A DNA stretch of 32,749 bases from Jimgerdemannia flammicorona (Eukaryota), in contig RBNJ01000337.1 in NCBI GenBank assembly GCA_003990765.1, positions 1 through 32,749 of the forward strand. Reading direction: 5' to 3'. Made by a program: the position numbers and the translations under genes. This document shows positions 11,203-22,748 of this stretch, piece by piece. Below the pieces are notes generated by a model. That model did not search any database, was not told where the DNA came from, and saw only the letters and a program-made list of their open reading frames with translations. How positions within the stretch are numbered: the stretch's first letter is position 1; every line of letters begins with the position of its first letter.

Positions 11203-12753
11203 TGTAACAGTAATCCCAGAATGATGACATTAACACAGGAAACAGCCTTTCCTTGTAAGCTACCAGATCAGAGTACAAGAAGATCATATGGTATATAAGA
11301 TGAGTAATTATGACTAACTGTGAGTCATTGTGACCACAGTACAGGTATCTTGAGAAATATAAAAGAAGGATTAAGGAACCACAGTAGCAGCAACTCAACA
11401 AGATCCATCAATCCCAAAATAGCTCAAAGACTTACTACAAACTAAATGCCTACTACTTGCCAAACCTCAAGGTCAAGGAACCACCAAGGTACCTCAGTTG
11501 AAGAAAGGATATTCCAAGACATCAGAAGAGCCATGAGGACCTGCACAAGAAGAACTTCTAGTATCAACCTGGGTACTGCAGATCCTTATCACTTTATCCT
11601 CTACTACTGTGAAATAGAAACAAGGATCACCATTGCTACCAAATGCCTCCAAATATAGCAAGAGTATGAAATAGAAAACCTCCTCTGCTGGGAGTTCTCA
11701 CAGGCCAGTCCTCAAGAGTTATAAGATACTACTCCCATGGATATACACAAAACAAGGACAACTAAGAAGATTCATCAGATCTTTAGGTATGCACTATGCT
11801 CGATCTCCAACTTAGAGTATGTTAGAGTCTCAGATTTCAGAGATCTGTCAGCCCACCATATCAATACACTAGAAGCCAGAGTGGCTACAGAAGCTCACCC
11901 TCAATAGTGATGAAGTAGAAGACTTTTGGTATTCCATCCTCCAGGACAACTTAGACCAATTCCTACAAGGATTGATCTCAGTATTCCAAGGCCCAAGTAT
12001 CTAGGTTAGACCTCCCCAAGACCCCACATTTGTCCCCTATTTTGTAGAAGAGAACCTCATAGATTGGAGAGCCTCTGATTTCCTGCTGAACATAATAACA
12101 TCATCAGCAATGATGTCATCCCATGCAATATACATGAAACATGTGATCTATATGATGATAATGAGACAGACAAAATATTTGTAGACCTTATCTCCTTCAA
12201 AGACATTCTGACCTCTGATGAGAATGAAGCCTCTATGGTCTTGAACATTCTACTCTAAGTTTCTTGGTTATACTGAATTATACCAGCACTCTTTTCCTGT
12301 ATAATAGCTATTTCTTCACCAGTATTCTGATGTAACTCAGAATTATTCCAGTACTATTTTCCTATACTACCAAAATTATACTAGCATCCTGAACCTATGC
12401 AACCATCAATACCAATACTGGAACTTAGTAGTTTTCCATATTCTGGAATTTTATTTTAGTTATTAGAATTTATATTTAGCTTTATATCTTAGCAACCATT
12501 AAATTATATTTTGTATAAATACTCCTCTTATTTCCTCTGAAATAAAGTCAGTCTACTCAGTACAATATATACAATTTCTTGCAAGCAATCTAAGAGATAA
12601 CAAGACAGTTTAAAAATAAGAAGTTTGAGAACTATAAGATCTTAGAAAGGCACTCCAATAAGAACTTACTTATAATAAACTTGAGTTAGTCTAAGAGATA
12701 TACCTTGAAGAGAATCTGATATATTTGAAGGACTCAGTGACCACTACATAACA
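11203..12753 (+). repeat. 3' LTR of B (~1551 bp)
   Basis: TGTAAC...ATAACA termini. The start is inferred from PPT+TG because the 5' copy lacks this part. TATAAAA at 11358-11364 and TATAAATA at 12514-12521. Confidence 0.85.
11446..12258 (+). pseudogene. LTR (U3)-embedded ORF, 3' LTR copy
   Basis: MPTTCQTSRSRNHQG... is homologous to the 4235 copy. An 11-nt deletion lies near 11895. An acidic tail (DLISFKDILTSDENE) ends at ~12258, but its frame linkage is uncertain. Confidence 0.55.
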
Positions 12754-13560
12754 CTAGAAAGAAGTCTCTTTTTCTAATATAAGAACTTTAGATACTTATT
12801 AATTAGATTCTCAGATAATATAATGACTAAAGTAGTTAATAGAATAATAAGTTACTTAGATGATATCTTTAGATATTTTGATAATAATAGATAGTTCTTT
12901 AAAGATCTCTATAATACTTATAAGTTAATCTTATAATTATTTTAAAAAGATAAGAGATATCTAAATAAGATAAAATTAGTATCTTTAGTTTCTATAGTAA
13001 CTTAGTTATTTTTAATATGGTTTATAACTTTAGCTTTAAACTAATTATAGTCTTTTATAGATAAGATAATATCTTAAGAAATTACTCTTTTAAGATAAAT
13101 AATAGTTTAGGGTATATAGTTGAATATTTAATAAATATAAAGAATCTTCTTGATTTGACTTTCTATAATTAATTAATTTACAATGAGATCTTCTTAGTTG
13201 ATATTATTGACTTAATTATAGAGATAGTAGACAATTTTATAATTATATTAAAGGATAAGATAGATCTTGGTTACTTTGAGCTAATATATTATAGTATTAT
13301 AATAATTAATAAAGTAACCTAGATCTTCTATATTGATTGAAGTATTCAGCAGTATTTAGATAATAGTATAGTATAAAATATATAAGTCTTAGATCAGAAA
13401 ATAGAGATAAAGCAGCAGGCTGTTTGATAAGTATATAATAGAAGCTATAGTAGTGAATACTGATTCATAAAATAGTTAAAAAATAAAATTAATTTATAAG
13501 TATATTAAAGTAATAATAATTAAAGATAGATTTTTAAATAATAAAATTCATATTACTGCT
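12754..13560. mobile_element. Extremely AT-rich decayed TE relic (possibly gypsy RT, minus strand)
   Basis: TpA-saturated and CpG-free. Only a faint FLGH..EG..KV-like trace on the minus strand at ~13020-13090. Confidence 0.3.
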
Positions 13561-13796
13561 GGTCTGAGGTTTATCCAGAGATACAGAGGTCTGTGACTTG
13601 GGTCAACAATTTAGATACAGGCAATAAAACTCACATACTTGGTACTTAAATGTATGATGCAGGTACTCAAATATGTATACACATGTATGGTACCAGGATT
13701 TTGTGATAAAACGCCTCTTTTGCTATTCTCCCCTTTACCTTCAACAGCTTCGCTCTATAGCGCTTCCCTTTGTATGCTCTCTCTCTCTGTATCATT

Positions 13797-13798
<2 letters not shown>

Positions 13799-13835
<37 letters not shown>
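13799..13835. repeat. Poly-T tract
   Basis: Homopolymer downstream of the DGAT2 3' end. Confidence 0.9.
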
Positions 13836-13839
<4 letters not shown>

Positions 13840-14157
13840 CAAAAACGTAGCGTTACCATACCTCTCGGTTTAACTCATAAAGAATCCGTGGGGGTTTTCG
13901 AGAACCATAAAGGGAAATACGATCCAGAGATTTTTACCTATACCGTCATACATCGAGTATTATGTGCGCACTCGCCAGATCCTCCATTTCATCTCATCCG
14001 CATACCGTACAACATATTTTCATCATACGAAGAAAACAAGGGGATTTCAAACCCCGATAGACAACCTTTAATCAACACTTCGAACTCTTTCATTATACAT
14101 AAGTATACTCTTAACAAAAAACAAAACAGAACAATCCTATATCACAACGCCCCTCTT

Positions 14158-15829
14158 CTATTCGATAATGGTCATGTCCCTCTTGCGGTCCTTGGCGTAC
14201 ACGTCCTTGTATTTATCGTAAATGTTCTGTAGCTCATCGATGTAGAGCTTCTGTGCGGCGAGGACCTCCTCCTCCGTTGGGTTGGCGGTTTTGACAAGGT
14301 CAATGGGGCGGCCAACTATGAGAACGAAAACCGTGGGATGCGTGAGACGATATTGGTACAGGTGCGGAGCTTAGAAGGACGAAATTATAATAAGGGAGGG
14401 ATGAAGATCCATACCAATGGTGTGGATGGCACGACGATGAGGGAGGAGACCGAGATCATCTATGGAGAACAGCGAAAAAATGATGAGCAACGCAATTTCC
14501 AATGGCAATAGATATCTCACCCTTACACCTACCGCACACATTACTTGGCGGAACCCACGCAGAAAATCGTAACACACAAAACCACCCTCCTTCATTCCAC
14601 ACTATCACTCTGCCGGCCACACACAACTCCCAAAACCAAGAAACTCGCGCTACTCACAGTTGAACATGCCCCTGCCATGGAACAACGGTAGCGTGAACCC
14701 CATAGCCTTCTGAATAGCCTTCTGCCACTTCCACACATTACTCCCCTTCTCATTCTGTAGCTGCTCATAGAGATCATTTTCGCCAAACGAGAACACGGGT
14801 ACAAGACTGGCTCCATTTCTCATAGCGAGCTTAATGAATCCGAGGCGCTTGCGCAGGGTGAGGTCGCTTGTACCCGGGCGAGCATTGAGCGATTCCGCGG
14901 CGCCGCCGACGACGATGACGATGGAGGAACCGGGCCCCTTGTTGAGAATGTTCTCGCAGGATGTGCGGGAGACGGAGGCGCAGCCCATGGCCATGAGATA
15001 GTCACGGTAGAGGGGGAGGTTGAAATTGGAGGTCAGCGTCAGAAGACGAGGCTTGATGCCAGGGAATTTGTCGGAGAAACCTGTGGCCTCTGTCGCGAAG
15101 TTGGTGAAGGCACCCATGGAGATGATGCCGTGGGGGTGGTAGCCGAAGATATAGTTCTTGGAGGGGTCGAGCTCGGATTCCTGGTGGGGAGGGTGGAAGA
15201 GAGAGGAAGGGAGGTGGTGCGGATAGTGAGCGTAGCTTTGGGGTGGATTATCGTCTGGTTGACTTTGGACTTTGAAGTTCCATCGTCCTGACTATATATC
15301 AGCTGTAGCATTCGCTCTCTACTCATGTCACTCGACGGATGTTTTCTCTTCACCTACTCATTCGCTTACCCTCTCCCACGGCCAGATCCCAACATACCTG
15401 CTCAAGCGTGCACGGGAAATAGTCGGCATAATATTTCCACACACCAAGTCTCTTTGCCCAGTCAAATGCTCTTCCGCCGTTCTCAGGCGCGATATCGAAG
15501 AGGACGAAGAGCCAGTAGGCGACGAGGAAGGGCCAAAAGAAGGGATTGGTGAAAGAGAGAAGGAAGAGGAAAAGGGTGATGGGAACGCTAAAGGCCCATA
15601 GGAAGACGGTCAGGGTCTGCAGACGACGCTCGCGGGGTACGCGGAGAGGCACGAAGCGGACCTTGGGAACGTTGGGGATGGAGGGCATGTGCGGCAGCTG
15701 TAGCATTTTAGGGCCAAGGCGACGCTTGGCGTCGGTGTGCGGCTTCTCAATGGCGGTGGTGGTGGCGGTGGAGACTGGGGAATCGACGGGGTCGACTAGG
15801 GTGTCTGTCTCGGACATGGTTTCGGACAT
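14158..15829 (-). CDS. DGA1: Diacylglycerol O-acyltransferase 2 (DGAT2/Dga1), 385 aa, exons 15829-15398, 15180-14658, 14459-14415, 14315-14158
   Basis: Motifs RRLQT, YFP, GYHPHG, GGAAESL and RKRLGFIKLA...GASLVPVFSFGEND. Three GT-AG introns (GTATGT/CAG, GTGAGT/TAG, GTATGG/TAG) join in phase to 1158 nt ending ...DRKRDMTIIE*. Alternative ATG at 15817. Confidence 0.96.
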
Positions 15830-16052
15830 GGTGGTGAGTGTTTAGGGAGGGGGGAGAGGAGTGTTGGGTGCGGGTGGGTGGGTGGGTGCCGAGCTGTCGT
15901 CAGTATTTCATTAAAGGAAAGGAATGAACCAAGGTGGGCGTGCTGTTGCTGAATAAAGAAAATTGGTTCAGCATTTTGTTTAGCAGGGAGCGGGAGACTT
16001 ATAAGAAATATCCAGAGACACGCGACAAAACGTACGACGTCACGGCCATCGG

Positions 16053-16254
16053 ATTTCACATGCAAACCGCCGCCATTCACATGACACCGCAATTTCCTAT
16101 CCCTCGGATCGTCATTTCCTGGCGCAAAACCCACGCCCACGCCCCCCGCATAATCATTCCTTTGCATATTTATCATTCCACAACCTGGATCCGGGGATAG
16201 CACATTTCACAATTTGTGCTCATTTCATAATTGCACAAGGCCTGTCTCACATGA
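16053..16254 (-). promoter_or_regulatory. Cluster of three TCACATG E-boxes upstream of DGAT2
   Basis: ATTTCACATG at 16053-16062, TTCACATG at 16076-16083, TCACATGA at 16247-16254. Confidence 0.45.
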
Positions 16255-16500
16255 AGGTAAAACATCACTAAGCTATTTTAATATTTTATTACAAAAAGAT
16301 CAGTTCTAAATATAGAGAGAGAAATAAATATTCCAAATTATCTAAGAAAGATTTAAATATATTTTTATATTATTATTATTATTTAATTTTTTTATCTTAA
16401 TTTATAGTTATAATATAAATTTATATTATTTTATTTTATTTTTATTTTTTATATATTTTTATAATTTTTATATATTATTCTATAATAACTATATAATAGT

Positions 16501-16616
16501 TGTTGAAATGACAACTCAATATGCCAGTATGTGATCTTATACTATTCTATCAGATTTATATCATTTATTAGTAATGCAAGAAATACACAATTTATGCAAC
16601 TTTAATAAAATTATCT

Positions 16617-16690
<74 letters not shown>

Positions 16691-19600
16691 TTTTTTTTTT
16701 TTTTTTTTTTTTTTTTAATGGACTCAATGTCCTGCAGATTTTTATTGAAAGAGAACCTAGACTATATAGGCCAAAACCCTCCCCACCACCCATCAAGTAC
16801 TGCCCCCCCATTAATCTAGGCTAGCTATTATCTAACAGCTCAATCATGCCAGATATAGCAGGGTCTATGGTAGCCTACACCTCATTCTGCACACCATGCT
16901 CTCCCTACCACCAGGAGAAACCCAGCCATATGCCAACGACTGAAAGCGCATGTCCAAGAACTCAATATATATATAAGGCCATACCTGAGCTAAATAGAAT
17001 AGTCTCTACTACTCCAAAGAAAATGACAGGTAAAGAAAAAACTCTCATCAAAGCACAATACAATGGGTAGGGCCTGGTTCTTCTAGTCAAGATGAGTAAA
17101 GGACTTATACATGAGGCAGGAGGAGATCTCCAATACCCCACTACTCAAGCCTGCAGGCCTCGATCACATTGCTATATCAGCTTTCAGTTCTAGTTGAGTG
17201 CAGCCAAGATACCTGAAATGGGTAGCCTTGGGCCCCCTGACCCCCCCTGACAACCAGGGCCCAACCCACTAAATTGTCAAAAGAAGCTGAGAGTGATACT
17301 TACTACCTAACTGTGCCACACCAATCAAAAGGCCCTACTGAAACAGTACCTACCCCAGCCCTGATGACCACCCCCAGCCTGGCACCCTACTGGTTTACCA
17401 TTATCATCCTTTCTCCTATCTGTAATGCCATCTTCCCTCTCATCCTGACAACATCCAAAAAGCAGTTACCTATGCCAGAACTGTGCTCACTGAGAAGCTC
17501 ACCAAAGCTAGAGAGCTCCACTACAGGTACCGAGGACCTGCAGGTAACCTATACTGAGTACTTGATGTCCAAGGTTGACTGACTCTCTATGTAGCCTAAG
17601 ATATACTGAGACAACATCTTGTTGGTGATGGCAAAAGGAAGAAGGTGCCACACCAAAACAGATACACTCCAGATGCAGCTGAAGGTACCAGAAACTATGA
17701 AAAAGTAGAGAAGACACTGATCTGATACCAATAAAAGGACAACTCATCACTATTGCCTCCCTCCCACTGCCCTACAATAGATACAGCAAACCAACCCAAG
17801 ATAGAGGAGGTAATAATTGTAGAAAGTGGACTTGGAAGGTTGCCTATCAAACTATTGTAACTGGTAAAGTAGTGGAGAAAGGTGAATAAAATTATCTCTC
17901 TTTCACAACAAAGATTATGAGTCTCATTAGTACTAAGTAGCTATAATAAATATACCTCTTTAAATATACTATATATATACTAGAAATATCAGATGACTAG
18001 CTTAGCAATATAAGCATAGAAATAGATATACCAATTATAAGTATTCTGTCAACCATAGGTATAACCTCAATAGGTATGAGAAATATAGTCTTAGTTGTTA
18101 GCATAAATATAGCCAAGAGGTCCATCTCAATCTTTAATGGAAAAAACTATGCTATTTGAGTATTTCATATGATGAATCTCTTTAATGAATATGGCTTAGT
18201 GGAGTATACAAAGCCATAAGTACTAATTCAAGATTATGATCCTATAAATAATTACTAAGCATTATATAAGATTATATTCATATTGTTGAACTTACAAATA
18301 AAGCTTATAATGTATGCTATAATAACTCATAATATATAGAAGATTCTATATACTTATTATATATAAGTATCTATATCCAATTGATTCCACCTAAAATCTC
18401 AACTATTTAATATATAAATAAAGCCCAAGGAGTATATTTATAATTATGTCAATCATATTGACAATTTGGTAAATCAAGTAAATTCTCTCAGTATGTCTAC
18501 AGATTGTATTAATAATAAAGATAAGGTTATAGTACTTATAAGAGAACTTCTAGATATATATAATAATAATATTATAGCTATATATGAGAGTAGCAGTCTC
18601 TTGGATTATACCTACATAATAACAAGTCTCATGAATGAGAAAATATATCAAAGAAATAGTATTAATAATGATAAAAATACCTTCTCTAGGTCCTATAGAT
18701 GTGATGGTAAATGAGATCAAAAGTATGGTCAATAAGATCAATGAATCCATACTTAAGCTCAATAATGCAATAACTAGTTTAGCTAATCAACTAAGTATAA
18801 TAAGTACTATAAATACTGTGGCAAGTATAGATATAGGAAATACTATTATTATAGCTAGGAAAATAAACAAAGAGAGTAGTGAAAATAAGCAACAATGTGG
18901 AAAAAGCCAATGCTAGCAATATGAGAGTAGCAGAAAGAACTATCAAGAGAAGTATAACAATATAAATACCACTGAAACTGATGAAAGTGATAATCTATTT
19001 TTTATATAAGCTGTCAGCTTTACTGCTGATTTCACCACCAGTATGAGATTCATATCTATGAAACCTGGTCAGAAAGATGACAATTTTGGACTGAAAAGTC
19101 TCATCAAATCTACTGCTAGTACTAGCTCTGCTAGTATAAGATCTGTATCTATGAGTAGTTCTATCAGTACTAAATCCACCAATCCATCATCTATAAATTC
19201 TAGTCAATAGTAAAATACTTTTTACCTAACAAAAAGTGGTAATAATGTCAACATAGCCAATAATTATATATTTTCTAAGTATATATCTACTAGTAGCAAA
19301 TCCACCAATATAGCTAATAACAATGATATCTGATTAATAGATTTTGGAGCTACATAACATATAATGCTATATAGAGAATAGTTCTCTATATATGAGTCTT
19401 TCAAGTACTCTGTATCTATCAAGTTAGAAGATAACAATGTCATCTATACTCAAGAAAAGAGAAATGTAGAGATACATCTTTATAGAAATATTATTGAGCC
19501 TACTACTACTCTTAGAGATATACTGTATACTCTAGAGATAGATAAGAATATCTTTTTAATAGGAAAGATGATATTCCATAATAATAAAGAAATATATATA

Positions 19601-20633
19601 TATATAAAGAGCACTACTATATATGATTTATATGATAATGAGCTAATGATAGCTTCAAAACATAGAAATCTTTATATGATCAATAATATGCCAAATAGCA
19701 TGAAAGCTTCTGCTTATATAATAACTACATCTGACATGTCTAATATATGATATCAATACTTAGGATATATCAGTAAGATGAGCCTCAAATATATAATAAG
19801 AAGTAGCTCAGTAAAAGGATTATAGTATATATATATCTGGAGGATAGTTTTTATAAGGTATATATAGAAAATAAAGCTTTCTGGTGATTATTCAAAGAAT
19901 AATTGAAGTACACTTTAGAGATCTTCAATCTAATCTATATAGATATATACAGTCTGATATATACTCTATCACATTTTAGTAAGAGATACTTCCTGATATT
20001 TATCAATAATTATATGCATAAGATATATGTATATTTCTTATTAATAAAGAGTAAAGTATCTTAAAGAAATTTAAAGAATTCAAAGCAATTACCAAGAATG
20101 AGATAGAATATAGAATACATACTATATACTCATATAATAGATATGAATATATCAATATTATATTCAGAGAATTCCTGATGAAATAGAGTATATCTCATCA
20201 AATAATGGCTTCTTATATATCTTAGCAAAATAGTATAACTGAGTAATTAAACTATATAGTCATCAAAATAGTATAGATGATGATTAATACCATTAGATTA
20301 GAATATTTCTATTAGGCTGAAGCCATCAATATAGTGATATATATCTATAATCAGTATGTTTCTCAACCATTAAGCAAGAATTCTAGAAATAATAAGTATT
20401 TCAGAAATGCTAATATTACTCTTGAAGAGTTATAGAGTAGAATAAAGCCCAATATATTATATCTATATATATTTGGATATGACTTGTATGTTCTTGACAA
20501 AATCAATACTATCTGATACAAATTCAAGCAAAAAGTAGTTAAGTATATACTTCTTAGATATAGTGGCAAATTATATAGGCTTTTAAATCTATATATAAGA
20601 TATGTGGTAATTTCATATGATATACAATCTAAT
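16501..20633 (+). mobile_element. Ty1/copia relic (5' LTR, gag, protease, integrase; RT half absent)
   Basis: LTR TGTTG(16501)...CAACA(17910). PBS AAGATTATGAGTCT is a decayed copia-type GGTTATGAGCCC. Gag IFNGKNYAI* at ~18130. Protease I*LIDFGAT*H (<WLIDSGATQH) at ~19330. *YQYLGYI (<WHQRLGHI) at ~19750. Integrase remnants at 19930-20620. Copia domain order PR-IN. Confidence 0.85.
16620..17884 (-). mobile_element. Non-autonomous poly(A) retroposon inserted in the copia LTR
   Basis: ~97-nt poly(A) (plus-strand T run 16620-16716). AATAAA at 16741-16746 (minus). TSD AATAAAATTATCTCTC(TTT) at 16604-16622 and 17885-17903. No recognisable RT/EN motif. Confidence 0.88.
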
Positions 20634-22209
20634 TGTAAGCGCACAACCTCCAAGCTACCAAAATCACATGGTATCCTCAGAACTAATTTGGAAACCACAT
20701 GCAAGACTACAAAACAAGAGATTATCTGGTTATATGAAATACACTAGCAAGTATGAGAACCTACTACCAAGATACAAGAATACTAGAAGAAGTACTATAA
20801 TCATAAGACTGACTCTGAACCACTATAACTAGTTTGGTGTACTGTACTATTATAAAAGGAAACCAAAAGTACCAAACTCAAATTGAGACAAGAAGAACCC
20901 TATCTCATCTACCAAAAGGTTCACGAACTACACTTATCAACTCAAGACCAAGATACACTACAACTATACAAGACCTCATTACTTAGCAGAAGCAAAACAC
21001 ATTTGAATAACTCTATTTGCTCTATCTGTATCATCTCCATTGGAGAGTGACAGATGCTTCATCTGAACTCAAGAAAGCCAACATTGTCAAAACCAATCTC
21101 AAGCCATCCATATGATAGATATTACTACTAGGAATTGCCTTGGATTACAGAAAATATCATTTCCAAGAGGTTCCAACCCCCAGCTGCGACATTGGGAGCC
21201 CTTGCCCTAGATGAGAATGGCCAGTCCTTACAAATGTACCAGTAGATCAAAAAAAAAGAGAACCAAGACCTGTTATCCTTGTACAACCACTGCCACCAAG
21301 GATAGCCTTAATCTTGCAAGAGATAGAAGTGATGACACCTTTGAAACTGATGACATCAGAAGTCAGAAAACTGCTCAGACTTTGCCAGTGATGATGCAAT
21401 TAATGGTGATGTTATCAAAGGCTACCCAGATAGTGTCTAAACCTATAAATAGCCCAGCAGTCATAGTATAGTTAGATTAGCCTTGTACGACATGACTGTG
21501 AACTGACTCAGCAGTCAGATGATCTCTTGATATGTCAGATCACACTTGTACTATGTAACTGCATTCTGACTCAGCAAGGTACTTAGTGCTACATCCATAT
21601 CTAGCATAGTCCAGATAGCCCCTCACTAGTATAAATACCCCCTCCCCCAGACCTCAGAATCTCAGACTTGAAAGACTTGAACAATCTGAACACAACTTCT
21701 AAGTACTTCCCTACAATATCTCTTTATATAACTACTCCTAGTATAGCAATATCATAAATAGTGAATAAACCTATTTAATAATCCACAAACCACTCTTAAG
21801 TAAATCTGCTCCCTGTTAGGTCCTACTCCTAACCCCATCATGAAATTTCCTAATTGGGTATTGTCTGCAGTGATACACCAATTCAACTAAGCTGGTCTTA
21901 GTTTCTTGAACTTCCTGAAATACAGAAAATTCTGAACATCCAGAACTAGTCCGAAAAAGGACTTTGGTTGAGATATCAACCCGATCTTGAAATCAATAAG
22001 AGTAGAGGATATACTCCATATGAAATTGATCTTGACCATAAGAAAACGATCTTCCAGAACATCTAGAACTTCCAGAAAACCCTTCCAGAACTATGTAATG
22101 GTTACCCTAAAAAGCAACTCTCTTACAACTTGGTAGCAGTAGTTTATAATCCAATTCTGCTTCAAGACGCTTCCTCACTCTGCTACAAACCCTTCTGAGA
22201 ATTCCTACA
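20634..22209 (+). repeat. 5' LTR of gypsy C (~1576 bp)
   Basis: Begins TGTAAG where the copia integrase stops and ends CCTACA before the PBS. TATAAAAG at 20851 and TATAAATACCCC at 21630. The end matches the LTR of A. No second full copy to confirm the start. Confidence 0.75.
20880..21440 (+). pseudogene. Putative LTR-embedded ORF in LTR C
   Basis: The frame through 20960 reads TTIQDLIT*QKQNTFE*LYLLYLYHLHWRVTDASSELKKANIVKTNLK... for ~140 codons with few stops, all transition-explicable. Start codon not identified. Confidence 0.45.
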
Positions 22210-22212
22210 AGT

Positions 22213-22224
22213 TGGTATCGAGCC
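22213..22224 (+). promoter_or_regulatory. Primer-binding site of C (tRNA-Met-like)
   Basis: TGGTATCGAGCC 3 nt after the LTR end; resembles the TGGTATCAGAGC iMet PBS. Confidence 0.7.
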
Positions 22225-22252
22225 CAACCTCTGAACTGGAATTTATCCTGAA

Positions 22253-22678
22253 CTATCTGACAATCTGAAGAGAATTGAACCTGACGTATAAGGACAATTT
22301 GATCTCCACACCTACAACAAGTGGGACAAACTTCATTCAAAGAAAGAAGTACTCTAGTTAAACCAGCAAATAGGTGAAACCCTATTCACTGAACTCCTTG
22401 CACTACACTCAGCAAGTCAAGATGAAAAAGATCTTATTGAAGCCTTCTTTACTCTTCTCAACAAGAGTTTTGTCAGCTCCACAAATCCGAGTAACCTAGG
22501 ACAACCAGCAGCAGTCTTTCTAGCCTTAGTCTCTCATGAAGCCCAAGCCTCTATAGCCAAGTGGCTCAACTCTACCAACTTTCACTGCACCAGGACCAAG
22601 ACCACATTATACTACCGATTTCAGAACAGCAAGGCCCACTATATCCTTAAAGAAGAAGCAAGAGCACTTTCTCCTCCG
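22253..22678 (+). pseudogene. gag: gypsy C gag N-terminus, interrupted by the LINE
   Basis: SDNLKRIEPDV*GQFDLHTYNKWDKL...ILKEEARALSPP in one frame with 2 stops; homologous to gag of A. Confidence 0.7.
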
Positions 22679-22748
22679 GTAACATTCAGGTTACACAACC
22701 CTTTGGCAACACTTTCAACACAGTTTCTGGAGAAAAACTACTAGTATC

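Larger units (their letters stand above)
4212..12753 (+). mobile_element. Ty3/gypsy LTR retrotransposon B with dUTPase; near full-length, inactivated
   Basis: Direct repeats at 4212-5516 and ~11423-12753. PBS-like TGG 3 nt after the 5' LTR. Domain order gag-PR-dUTPase-RT-RNaseH-IN. PPT precedes the 3' LTR. Confidence 0.95.

Noticed and set aside
13620..13700. Short GGTACT(C/T)AAAT repeats at the island edge
   Set aside because: Too short and degenerate to assign to any element.
13799..13835. Poly-T tract as a retrocopy tail of DGAT2
   Set aside because: The gene retains three introns and no TSD was found; similar homopolymers occur elsewhere (31704-31726).
13639..14232. 197-aa plus-strand ORF
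   Set aside because: Runs through a poly-T tract and antisense over the DGAT2 3' end; no ATG start or motif support.
16574..16819. Poly-Phe and poly-Lys ORFs
   Set aside because: Translations of the retroposon A tail.
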